Below, one piece after another: positions 24,301 through 37,206 of a stretch of 64,000 nt of DNA. The notes beneath the pieces were generated by a model that saw only the letters and a program-made list of their open reading frames with translations, was not told the origin of the DNA and did not search any database. How positions within the stretch are numbered: the first letter of the stretch is position 1; each line of letters begins with the position of its first letter. This DNA is from Adineta vaga. Its lineage: Eukaryota > Animalia > Rotifera. The position numbers and the translations under genes are program-made. Location: positions 3,720,001 to 3,784,000 of the forward strand of contig CP075497.1 of assembly GCA_021613535.1 (NCBI GenBank), written 5' to 3'.

Positions 24301-27300
24301 TAAGTAATGAAACTTGTTCTTGATTAAATGAAGGAATGATAGAAATATTATCGGGAAGTTTGAGATTTGTACCACTTGATATATCATTCGAATTATCAGA
24401 AGATTTCGGATTACAAAGATATAAAGTATAACCAAATAATTCAATTAGAACAGATATAGCTATTGTTTGAACGAAGAAATGATCACTTTTACAAACAGAT
24501 AACACACAAAGATCAATTGACCAATCATCAAATTCATTTTTACCTAAACAAAATGTTTATATGAGATCTATTCTTTTGTTTACCCTTGGATAATCCAAGG
24601 ACACATCTATGATGATATTTGATCTAAGTAGATCCTCGATGTACTTTTGACATATCATACTGATATCAATTTTATCATGTGAACTCATCTCGTAATGATA
24701 TGGATAATAATTCGTACATTGTAAAGAAGATCATTTATCTTATCGAAACTATTTCTATGTAAACATTTCACAAAGGAAACGATCAACTATTCATTAATCA
24801 AATTCTTCTTGTCATTAGAGAAACATGCAACTATTACTGATGTGTAAAATTCGAATGTTAACCAAATACTCGTGACAACAACTGAATTAATGAGATGTTT
24901 TTAAGTCATTAATTATTTCCTCATGATTAGTTCGTTACCTTTGGATAATTTGGATTGATCTGTTATCGATGATTGTCTTGGAAAACAACAGAATTCAATC
25001 AATAATTTACAACAATCATCAAATGCACGTTTATAATGATCGACATTCTCATGTAATTTTAATTGAAATTCTTCTTGTTGTTGATGATGATTAAAAAGTG
25101 CTCGAATATTTTCATTGGTTTTCATTTGTGTAATTGAATAAATATTTTGAAATTTTTCATTCATTGAACTTTGATTTGTATCAATTAGAAATGTGATAAT
25201 AAAACGATGAAAAAAGATTTTATATAATGTTATAGATTTTTCTAAATGATTCATTGATTGTAACATCGTTTTCGTTAATATAGGTGGTTTGTCATCATGA
25301 AGTTTTTTCGTTTCATTATTTAATTTGAAGATTTGTTTTTCAACTTTACGTACCATATGACGAAGAAGACGTTCCACTTCTTGTGTACATTCTTGTTCAG
25401 CTATTTGAATAGGATTTTGTAATTGACCTGTACTATTTGTCCGAGTTAATTTATTGTCTATGTCCGTTGAATATTCATTTTCAGTATAAAATCTTGGTTC
25501 ACTTTCATCTTCACTATCAGTTGTTGAGTCCTCGACGAGATTCTCGATTATACTTGGTTTTCGTTCCGAAATAGAAATCAGATCATCACTTGTCGAACGA
25601 CGAAAGATTGATAAACGATGAGTTGTATCTGTTGGAACAACTTTCTTCAAAATTTTTAACAGAATTTCTATACATAATGTTATCTGATCAGCAGTAAATT
25701 TACTAATATTATTATTTATTGTTTTAATAAGACGATAGAGCATTTCAGGTAGATGTTCAGATTGAATATCAGTGGATGATTCTAAGGGAGCAATATCAAG
25801 TGACATATTGATAATTCCACACAATTGTTCAACAGTTATTCCAGCAGTAAGAATTAATTGATCCTGTTGTTCTGTGACGATAATATCAAAATTTTTCGTT
25901 AGAAATTCCCAAATAAAATATGGTTCAAATGTATCCAAAAGCATATTTAGAATTTGTATAGTTTCTAAACGTGTCGTTTCTTGTTGATGATTAATTGATG
26001 TTAATTGTTTAGCTGGTAGATAAACTTGTTGATAAACAATGGATAAATAACTCATTAGAACAGATTCAAGAATATTTGGACCAACATCAGGTTTATCAAC
26101 TAAAGAAAATAGAAGATTATCAATTTATTTATTTTTTCTAGGTTGTTTCAAGCAATCCTAATGACTCATTTTGCCATGTTTTTTAATAACAAATCCCTCG
26201 AACAGAGAGACAACATACTTGAAATACTCTCAATAGTACTTCAATGATAAATATAGTCTACGAAAGAGATAAAGCGAAGTGATACTTTATATGAACTCTT
26301 TTAACCCATTCACTACGACACGTCCCGCAGTGGGAGCTGCTAGATCTTAGAAAACTGAATCGTGATGAATGGGTTAATAAAAATATTCAATACTCATATA
26401 GATATTGATCTGATCGATGCCAGATGTTGAATAAAAGAACTGTTTATGGTTTTGTTAAAGTTTATTAAGTAATCTATTTATACTGACAGACAGCATATGT
26501 AATTCTAAGTGTATATTGTTGTTAGAATGAAGGACAAATTAATTCTATGAGATATATATTTTTTAGTCATTGACGTCAGTAAATAAAATCCTTTGAGAAT
26601 ATTTTAATCTAGTTTTTTTGATCAAGCAAATTTGTTTTCTATAGAATTTCTTTTAATTTAATAGATATTATCCTATACATACCAAGAATAGTTAGTACAC
26701 GAATTAATTTTGTTAATGTCCATGTTGATGATATCAATTCAGCAATACTGGCAGCGATTGTAATATTTCCATCAGGTGTTATTGGTTTCGATTTTGTTGA
26801 TAAGATCGTATTTGCTGAAACAGTTTCAAGTGCATGTAATATTGCTTGAATGAGAAGTTCTTGAGAATATTGAATAAAATATGATGATGAATCAAATGGA
26901 TCATTAGTTACAGCTAATGATGTTGTTGATGCATGAATGTCATTATTTTGTTGTTGATGATGTTGCTGTTGACTTGTATTATCAGTTGGAACTTGTTCAG
27001 TACCGAGAAACCAAGCATAGATTCGACGATTCAATGACATATCTCGTTTTATTAAAATATGTAAAGTACCAGTAATAATTTTCATCATATCAATTTTAGT
27101 TAATTGTTTATTATGCATTGGTAAACAAACAAGAAGAAAATCAAGAATAGAACGTTGAACTAATGGTTGATCACTATCTTGAAGACATGTACATACAGCT
27201 GATACCTTGAAATAAGAACAAGATCGAGATAAAAATGAAATTTATGTTTTTTTTAATTATTCTTCTTCTTCTTCTTACCATTGTTTCTACAGATGAACCC

Positions 27301-28035
27301 ATAAGATAAAGTTGATCTTCCATACTTTTTCTTTTATCAAAATGATTCAATAGAAATGTTAATGCTGAATGACGTGCTGATGCAACTAGATGTATTGCTG
27401 ACCAGATACAAGTATAATAATAAGGTTTATCAATTCGATTGGATAGATTATCAAGTAAGGCATAGATTCTATCATAATAATCTGCACCTTCTTCTAATGC
27501 TGGAAATAATCCGAGAAAAAATCCTGTTAGGATTGGATTAAGAGCTTCACCTAGTGGAAGAAAATATGTTTCATATAAAGTTAAGAGGACAGGTTTGACA
27601 GGTAATGCCGCAGCTGGTAATAATGGGAAAAGACCACATGAATAAAGAATAATATCTCGTTGTAAATTGCGTTTTCCAATCATTCGAAATATTGTTTCGT
27701 ATACTTCAAGTGTTTTCAAATGGACACCGGACGGTAATGCTGGATGAAGACATTGCGCGAGACGTTTCGATAGTGTGATACGTTTTGGGATAGATTGAAA
27801 TTTCGGATAACTTTCAATTGCCTGCGAAAATTGATGTTTTTTTTTAAATTTAATTTCAACAAAGAAAAAGCGAAAAACTTATTCTTACTTTTTTCACTTT
27901 GACTAGATTTGTTATAAGATCAGCCCATTCAGATGAATATTCAAATTGTTTCAGAACTTTTTCTAATGTGGCAATAAAATTTTTATATCGCCCATCGCTT
28001 AGTAAGGCAACCTCATCACTGGGCATTAGACTCAT
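18349..28035 (-). CDS. DOP1: Dopey / DOP1 / pad-1 endosome-Golgi trafficking protein (multi-exon)
   Basis: Dopey_N signature FEYSSEWADLI...KRLAQCLHPALPSGVHLKTLEVYETIF and KRDMSLNRRIYAWFLG. C-terminal EYEQRAMLVKRFAF...LRVLLLRIS..LISLWPIIMAEL. Many GT-AG introns. Confidence 0.95.
26301..26377. mobile_element. 69-bp piggyBac-type mini-MITE with TTAA target-site duplication, in a Dopey intron
   Basis: TTAA-CCCATTCACTACGA ... TCGTGATGAATGGG-TTAA: 14-bp terminal inverted repeats (12/14 match) starting with CCC, flanked by TTAA on both sides. Confidence 0.75.
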
Positions 28036-28421
28036 TTTTCCGTTTTGTACAATGCTTTTGTTCGTTCAAAATTCTATCTAGAAACAAATATATATCACAT
28101 TAATTATCACGTGTATAAAAAGACTAGATCGTATATAAGATCAGACGGAGTTACCAAATGTGTACGCCCAACTATTTAATTGCGATAAAGATGCGAGAGA
28201 TTCGCGAATCGAACGATCGGTATAGTTAATAATGATTCATTTGTTATTCAATGCATATGATTGGTCCGAAAAACGAACCAATGAAATTTTAATAGTCAAC
28301 ATCACGTTGATTTGACTCATTTTTTTTTCTGACGCAAAAGATAAACAATTCTCTTTCTTATCTTCACTAATAAAATTCTGTGTCTCATTGACAGAGTCAT
28401 AATACACAATTAAAACGAACA
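28036..28421. promoter_or_regulatory. Putative bidirectional promoter shared by Dopey and Hrs
   Basis: Head-to-head start codons 386 bp apart, a locally CpG-richer core (~28180-28225), and an acceptor-like AG just upstream of each ATG (28078-28079 on -, 28393-28394 on +). Confidence 0.55.
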
Positions 28422-30321
28422 ATGGTTGTTACACTAAATCCACCGACCTGGTATGAATATTTTTCTCAATTAAGATATTTGACTGTTCTTTTTTTCTTTA
28501 AGGACTGACCGTGATACTTGTTTTCGTTGTCGAACAACATTTACAGCGTTTACTCGCAAACATCATTGTCGTGCATGTGGAGAAACGTTTTGCTCAAGTT
28601 GTACGTATTTCTCAATCGAATATAAATTCTTAAAAAATTCGATCGAATGAAATAGGTTCATCAAAATCAAGTCCTCTACTTGAATATGGTATTGAAGATG
28701 AAGTTCGAGTCTGTGAATCATGTTACGATCGTTTGACAACGTAACTATAATTCTTTCAATATTAATGACAATCTACTTGTATTCTGTATATGTATTTTCT
28801 AGAACTGGTAGTGTTAATCCAGCAGCAGCAGCAGCAGCAACTGTCGCAGGAACATTTACATCAAAACCAAATGAAAAAAGTCAAGCTGAAATTGAAGAAG
28901 AAGAAGCACTTCAATTAGCTATATCTTTATCTCAAAGTGAAGCTAACGAAAAAGAACGACAAAAGAAATTACTCACTAAACAATATGCATTGTCATCCAT
29001 TCCAACACCTCCTACACCACTGGGTTCCGCGCCTATTGCTGATCAGGTATCAGACATGCTCATTCTTCTAGAATAAATCTCTATTAGAGAAGAGAAAAGA
29101 ACTTTATTTAGAACATATGTTTTCTGTCTTACATAAGAAAAGGTCAAAATTTGTTTTAACCTTTGTTTTTATTTTCATATAATAGAATGATAACGAACAA
29201 AAGACAATAGGTGGTAATGGAGAATTAGCCAAATATTTAGATCGAAATTATTGGGAAGGACAAACACACAGAGATCTTGAAACAACAATTATTAATAAAG
29301 TATTTACATATTTTTAATAAATAACTTTAAACCTACGGATTTCATCTTTTAGGATCCCTTGGACAAATATGTTCGTGATGAGGAAATCGATGTATTTATT
29401 AATACTGCTAACAGTCATATTAATAATATTAAATTCCGTATGTTGAGTAATCAACAACGTGGTCGAAATATTGCTAATGATACAGCTGTACAATCAGTCT
29501 TTTTTACTCTTCAACATATGTATCCTGAATTGAATCGCTTAATCCAATCACTTGATGACAAACAAGGTTCGAAGAATCTTTTTTTTTAAATAATTTATTA
29601 TAATTGTTTTCGTTTCTCTTAGCTTATCATGAAAGTTTACAGGATAAACTAGGCCAATTAAAAGATGCCCGAGAAGCATTGAATGCTTTGCGTGAGGAAC
29701 ATTTAGAAAATAAGAAACATCAAGCAATGGAACGTGAACGACAACGTCAAATGCAATTAGCAGTTAAACTTGATGATATGCGTCAAAAGAAACATGTGAG
29801 TGCATAAAGATTTCGCATATATTTCATACTTTTCATTTCCATTCTCATAGGCTTATCTCGAATATCATCGACAAATCCATTTACAACGTCTTGCTGAACA
29901 AGAAGCTGAAATGCAAGCACGTCTTGATCAACAACGTCGTTATGCTCAACAACGTGAACAACAAAATCAAATTGATTATCGTCTTAATCAAGTTCAACAC
30001 AATCTCCCATATGTTCAATCATTACCATCAGTTGCTTATTATCCTCATCAACAGCAGCAGCAGCAACAACAACAACAACTACAAAACGTACAATCCATGC
30101 TACCATCACAATTACCATTACATTCATTCTCAATGGGACGTAAGTGTTCAGATAATGTCAGAAAAGGTTTTCTTTCTCAATGCATTTTGTCTTCTTTCTA
30201 TATAGAATTGTCAGATGCTTTACCTCAACGTCTTGCACCACCTTTATCTCAATATCAACAATCCTATTCTGTTCATCCACCGATGCAATCAAATGAACAA
30301 ACATTAATCTCATTTGATTGA
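28422..30321 (+). CDS. HGS: Hrs/Vps27 (ESCRT-0): FYVE, UIM, helical core, Gln-rich tail, clathrin box; no VHS domain seen
   Basis: PPTW|TDRDTCFRC...RKHHCRACGETFC...VRVCESCY (FYVE), EEEEALQLAISLSQSEA (UIM), ELAKYLDRNYWE, RGRNIANDTAVQSVF, LQDKLGQLKDAREALNALR, C-terminal LISFD*. Confidence 0.92.
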
Positions 30322-32023
30322 AAAAAAACGAGAATTTTCTATACATAAACATTTTATCACTTCTTTTTGTGCAATGTCAATTCTCATTTCTTTCTTTTTC
30401 TTTTACGTGCTTTTTCAATGTCCAATCGGAATGACGCACACGGTGAAGTGTCATATCATGTGTGTATCTGCTATTGTAAATTTTATTCTTTGAAATATAT
30501 GTGACAAAAAATATTAATCAGATTAGAAATGTGATTGATCTTGAGGCTGAATATTCGATTCATTTTATTAAATAGTACTTCCTCGGGATCGTTGTCTTCG
30601 TTCTATTTCTACAACGACATAGATTTTGACATCTTTTTTTTTACAAGAAAAATAGTCATGAATACGCTCATTCATCCGATTATTTCAATATTGGGTGAAT
30701 GATTATCTTAAACTGAACTGCTTTCTACCAAGAAAAATATCTACTTTAGTTCAATTTAGTCTTCTAAATTGATAATTTTAGTAACTCATAGTCATTTATC
30801 TATTTCAATTTACACAATAAAATGCTATAATTGGATAAAAATAAGCACAATGACATAGTATTGTGCTCTATTCTATGGAACACACGTGTCTATTTATAAG
30901 TTTTTTTTTGTATTTCTATAAATAGTTGTTGTGATTATTGTATATGAAACTAATTACATAGAATTGTTAGTCCGACTTTATCACATCTAAAAATTTAGTT
31001 TAGGGTTTTTATAAAAAACATCAAAGGAAATGTTTTATCCTAATCAATTAGTTTTCAATTTCTGTTCATTAATGATTCCATATTTGGAAAAGTCTGAAAC
31101 GATGATCAATTTGGAAAGTATCACGAGTCCTCCTACAATGTGCACTATTCCTCTTGATGTTCTTAATTGAAATGAAAGGATAAGACTTGCTAACGAGATA
31201 GATGAGTAAATAGGTTCATTTCCTTTTCAGATTTGATTATCTGTAAAATTATATCCTGAAAAACAAAACACCCGTTCTTCAAATAAACTATCACTGATTT
31301 CAACATATTTTTGTACATATGCAATTCATGATCGTTTATTAGTACGATTTAGATGAATCGGAAAATAAAATGTCAAACATTTTTTAAATCTTGTGGATGT
31401 GAATTCTTTTGTATGTATTGTATATTTGGTGATTTCTTTGATAGTAAATCTGACCCAGATGAGGAAATTATATACTTCAGAATAGACCACCTTGAAATCC
31501 TGGAACATATTTTAGGAGGAGTATATATGGTATCCACTTTTCATTTGCAAACACTTTGAACATTTGAGTTCAAAGAGATCGAGATATTTATACTTTTTGA
31601 TCATCTTGACCTTCTTGAGAATTTTAATTATATTTCAATCAATTAATGTCGTTAAGACATGTTTATGAGTTAGAATTTAGTAGACTTCTTAAGTCTGTCA
31701 ATGAAAATACGTATCTAGTGGCATCATCTATGTCAACGAATTCAATTATTCCAATAAATTTTCATAGTAATTAGAAGAGAATATTTTTTTCTCATAGATC
31801 AAAGTCTCTCGATGTTTAATTCTTTGAAAAACAAATATTTGAATTAGCGACATCTGTTACAATTTGATATTGATCAATTCTTTTCTATGTACTCTGTTTG
31901 TTCTGTCAGTTCGTTGTATTACCGACAACTTAGTTTATTTTTTTTATTAAAATTTCTAAGTAATATGTGCGAAAGTTCAGTCAAAGAATTCATTCCTAAT
32001 GAGTAAGATAATGATAATCTTTA

Positions 32024-33179
32024 ATGAATATGATTTCAATTTTAAAACGTAGAATTCGATCTAATATTGCACAACCAAGTCTTCAACGAAGATTTATTGG
32101 CGATTTATCTGAGAAATCTGAAGAATTTCGAATTAATGTTTTACAATGGAATATATTAGCGCAAGGTATTAGATTTATCAATGAAATAAGTTTAGAATTT
32201 GATTTGATTCGATTTCCTTAGCATTATCATATCCGGAAGGTAATTTTAATCGTGTTCAAGATGACATGGTTAAATATGAAACGCGTAAATGGCGAATACT
32301 AGAACAAATTCTTATTCATCAACCAGATCTATGTTCATTACAAGAAGTAGATATATATGATTGTTTTCTTAAAGAACAATTATCAAAATATGGGTAAAAA
32401 GAAACGATTTATAAAAGAAAACTCAGTTTATTGAACATTTATTTCTTCCTCGATAGTTATGGTTGTTTTTTTACTGAAAAACCAAATTCCAGATGCTATT
32501 CATTCGAAGAAAATACTGAAAATTTCAAAGGTCCAGATGGTGTTTTACTTTGTTTTAAAACAAATGTTTTCAAAGAAATTAGTCGAAAGAATTCTGATTT
32601 ACCAAATGATGGTCGTTTTGGTCGACAAGTAATTAATCTATTCATTAAATCGATTTTTATTTTCTCATGTTCATTTTTTCTTTATTTTCAAAGGTATTCT
32701 CAATTCTTGAACTAGAATATCTCCCATTAGCATCTCGAGTGATACTTATTGGTACACATTTCAAAGCTAAAAAGCAATTTGCCTCATCTCGTACCAATCA
32801 AGCTAATGCTTTAATAGATTTCATTCGTAGTACGTATTCAAAAGAAACAAATATAATCGTTGCTGGAGATTTTAATGGTGAACCTGATGAACCTTGCTAT
32901 GATGTTTTAATCAAATCTGGTTTTAATAGTGCTTATCGAACCTTAATGAATGGTCACGAACCATCATATACCACATGGAAATTTAAATCACGAGAGGAGC
33001 AAAATGAAAAAGAAGAAAGTCGAACAATTGATTATATTTTTTATCGTGCCGAGAACTTAACACCTATTGCATACTTAGCATTTCCAGATAAACGCTCGAT
33101 TGGTCCTAATGGTCTTCCATCTGCGAACTATCCATCGGACCATTTAGCTCTACAAATTGTATTTCGTATTCAAAAATAA
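32024..33179 (+). CDS. NOCT: Nocturnin (EEP superfamily, NADP(H) 2'-phosphatase), 4 exons
   Basis: VLQWNILAQ|AL, R.WRILEQI...PDLCSLQEVD, KPNSRC..F.....GPDG, THFKAK, AGDFNGEPDE, YTTWKFK, TIDYIFY, LPSANYPSDH. Confidence 0.9.
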
Positions 33180-33999
33180 TCTTAGTAAACTATATATTTC
33201 ATTTTGACATATACAGAACAACAGAAAAGTTATCATCATTATTCCTATTTAAATCGAATAACCGAGGATTTTCAATTGCAAGACCAATTATATAATGATT
33301 TCGAACAGTTTGATGGGAAACTATTTGAATCTCAACGATCTATTTGTTTAAGTAATCTCTCAATGTATCATCTTTGTTCTGATGTTCTTTCCTTTTTCTT
33401 TACAAAAGAATCAATGTACTAAATGATAATGATGATGATGATGATAACTTTTCTGTTCCTCTCTCTTTGTATAAATCTGTATTATCTGTTTTTCGAATTC
33501 GTATGTACTTTTACATTGTCATAAATTTGAGTTCATGCGCGTTTTTTTTTCTATAAATATATATTATGACAACAAAGGGGAGAGAAAAAACGAAAGAAAA
33601 TTTACATACAAGACAACAGAAAAAAACAAATAGAAATAAGAGAAAGTTGTGACATTGTTTTCGATCTTTGTGTGTACAACATATTATTTTGAATTTGATC
33701 ACAGTAGAAAAAAAAAGAAAAAAAACGAAACAAGAAAAAAAAACAAAGCCCAAACATAAAATTCATAATAATGTACTCGCTTGGAAGCGGTCTTAGTAAA
33801 AAGAAAATGAGAGAAAAATACAAGATATAATAGAAGACAGAAAGAAACAAAAACGAAAACGTTAGATGAATCCCACCGGGACTGATAAGAAAATTTTACG
33901 AGCACTCTCCTCGATTCGATATTTCCTTTTATTTCTATACTCTTGCTTTTGTACATAAATGTCTCGAAGAAACCAATTTAAGTAGATTTTGTCAATCTC

Positions 34000-35706
34000 T
34001 TATTTCATTCTGAAGTTTGGAAAGCGATTTATATAATTGATATTATTTCGAAAAAATATCTTACGCATCGTGTTCATTTTGGATGGACAGGTATCATAAT
34101 CAACGATCTGAATATAACGATTTTTTTCACATTGTCCACGTAATAAAGCACAATAATTCTTATATAAAAGTCCATCGTCACCACATGTTCGAATACTCAT
34201 ACCACATTCTGCGCTATGGGATATAAATCGTGAAGAATAGTGACAACGAATGCAAACCGGTTGAGCTTGTTGAGAATATACACAACGTTCATTAGATTGA
34301 CAAAGATTGGGACGACATTTACTTTCTATTGAGATTTTAAAAAAAGATATTGATATGAGAGGAAATTTATAAGGAAAAATAGGCAATTTCTCTTACCACA
34401 ACGACCTTTATGCGCTAATTCTGGAGTACGACCTTGTTCATCTGGACTAAGACGCATGGCGCAGATATTTCGATAGGTAACACCATTTGTACCACATACT
34501 GGCTCAGGATCTGCAGATGGATTACAATGTTTCTTTGGATAACAGAATGGTTCACCTGTATTTTTAACCAACAAGCAAATAGTTTCATGTGGACATTTCA
34601 CATTTCGACAATCCTCTATTAATAGAATAGAAAAAAGATACATGTTTTGAATTGATTAATCGTGCGATTTCTTACTTTGACATTCACCATCATATTTCTT
34701 GTACAATCCTGATTGATGATTGATACATTTCCATGCTTCCATGGCGCATTCAGAGCTGAAAGTTACATTATTCGATGCACATAATGGTTGTGTCATTTTT
34801 TTCGATGATGTTGAATCACTAGCCGTACAAAATTCTTCACCACATACGCACATTTCTTCGCCATTAATCCACTGACACTGTTGACCAAGACCACAATCGA
34901 CATCACATCGTTTCGGTGTATCTATATTGCGTACATATAATATATGTACTATGATAAGCATACGTATTACTTACTATTTACTTCTCTACATTTTTCTGCA
35001 TAAGCATATCCATCAAGTTCATGTCGTGTATCATCTGAATAATAAGGACCTGAACATTGATCTTCATTAACATCTGCTTCACTCAGATCATAACACATAT
35101 CATTAATACGATGATTAAAACAATTGCCAGCTGAAGAGGAAAAAAATCCGTTAGTATTACTTATATTTGACCGTTACAATATGAGTCAACGGTTTGTTGA
35201 CCTGAATATGGATGTATATATGTCAACGTTCTGGAAATAGGAAGAAGAAATAGGTGCCCTATTGCTTTTTTATTCTTTCACACATCTATTGTTCCCTTAG
35301 ATTCCAATCAGTAAGATATCGATCGCATGTCTCCTACTTCATCTCATTTCCTTTCACGTTGCGCGCTTTGTATCCTTGACCCAATATATCTCCTCCTCCC
35401 TTCATTGTGATTTTGTGACACATGTACACACTCATATACATGTCACTCAACGGTCTTGAATATCATCAATCTATCAGGCATTGCTGCATATCAATACGGA
35501 TGAACATTAACGAAAGGAAGGATGAAGATATAACTTATTTCTATTCGAATGGAATTTCTTTTACCTAGCAGAAATATCGTATCCAATTCATGGAATGGAA
35601 TTAAAACAAAACACATACCTTGTGTAATAATAATGCATTGCTTAAAGAGAATAAAAAATGTGATAAATGTAACACAAATATCATATATTAATGAAGATGT
35701 CATCAT
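34000..35706 (-). CDS. FST: Follistatin-like secreted protein (signal peptide, N-domain, three follistatin/Kazal modules)
   Basis: Hydrophobic leader exon, AGNC N-domain start, then three modules each on its own exon, containing PLCASNNVTFSSECAM, PVCGTNGVTYRNICAM and CGDDGLLYKNYCAL. Confidence 0.8.
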
Positions 35707-37206
35707 AATTAAATAAATGAATGAATGAATTGAAATTCGATTATTAGTGCTGTGTTTGGATTTGATTTATGAATGAGTTAAAGATAATATTAATGCGTTT
35801 GAGAGAGTAATCTATATGTGAGCTACAGACAAAAAATATTAATGAACATATAGCAAGTAGAAAGCAATGTGTATATAAGAAAAAAAAGGAGAGAAAAAGA
35901 GAAGAGAAAGAGAGACATAGAGATAGAGAGAGAACAAGGAGAAGAGATTGGTAGACAAGAGAAAGATGTAGAAAAGACAAAGTGGAAATCAAATATTAAA
36001 GATCAAAATTTGAATATAACTAAATGAAATTTTTCAAAATAGTTAATAGATTTCCTATTGTTTTCAGCGATTAACAAATAAACAGAATCGTTCATTTACA
36101 GAAAATCATTGGAGAAAAGGCAGATTTATTTCTCAGTACTCTATTTATTGAACTACGCCTACAACTCCCTACCGTCCGGAAACTATCGATTAATATCTTT
36201 CTATGCGTGGTTTAATCTATGTATGTAAATGAATGAAGATTATTTCCGTTTGTTAGTAACTTAGAAAATGATTAGTATAGTGTCGTTTTTTTTCTTCTTA
36301 TTTAGCAAGTTCTTCCGTACAATAAAATGTTAAAGGCGTGTATGATATACGATCAAATAGGGTTTTTTTTCATCTTCTTGCGCGCATGATTAGATATACA
36401 TGTGAATAAAAGGTGTGTTAACAACAACCAGCTGTCCGGTTGCAAAATCATGTTTTTCGATCATATGTTCATTTTGAATTGTATGCGTCTTACATGTCTC
36501 TCTCGCCTTTTCAATACAGTTATGCAATATAAATGAAAAGAAATAAGCGTCAGCGTATGACTATATGGACGATGATGTTGATGATGAAAATGAAGTGTGT
36601 TCTATTACAACTTGAGACAGCGAGGGATGATGTTCGGAAGGCAACTACAAACTTCCGGTTTTGAAATTATCCTATATCTTGTCTTCTTGATAAAATCTCA
36701 TCTAAATGAGCAAATGAGACCGTCTAGTATGAAATCTATATTATAAATGACAAAAAAAGCGACGAAAATAGATATAGGACATCGAATATTTTGTTTCTAA
36801 TTAACAAAAAAAAACAAAACAATTGGGATCTTTTCTCTCGAAGAAAAAATATCAACTTGTTAAGAAATATTGCATTTGCTCTTTTTATTCCTGTTAGTTG
36901 TTTTACGGTCATTATGCTATGTTTAATTTGTAATGAGACGGCCTTGACTAGGACTAATATATAAATAGAAACAAAACCCTGTTTAACGAGAAAAAGAAAA
37001 GTGTAAAGATTTTGTTTTGACTCATGAATAACTGGTATATATGAAACAAACAAGATGTTATTTTTATTCAATGTCAATTATTAGTGACAAACGAACGAAT
37101 ACATCATTTCTTTCCTTCCTATCAGCAAGTCCCACTGTTACTTTTGTCAAAAAAATGAACATTACTATTTCCTATTTTTGATCAACTTGTCTATCAAAAT
37201 TTTCGA

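Noticed and set aside
24608-24663. ATGATGA...CTGA resembling a C/D-box snoRNA in a Dopey intron
   Set aside because: It is antisense to the host gene, short, and has no convincing terminal stem or recognisable guide.
31326-31560. Short ORF with Cys pairs (CQTFFKSCGCEFFCMYC)
   Set aside because: No recognisable domain, start context or splice partners; at most a decayed fragment.
5075-33179. Apparent NAD(P)-metabolism cluster (sterol reductase, ART, TrxR, nocturnin)
   Set aside because: The genes are interspersed with unrelated ones, two are disabled, and no shared regulation is visible; likely coincidence.
33204-33999. Several hydrophobic ORFs between nocturnin and follistatin
   Set aside because: Low-complexity A/T-rich convergent 3'UTRs yield spurious Phe/Leu-rich frames.
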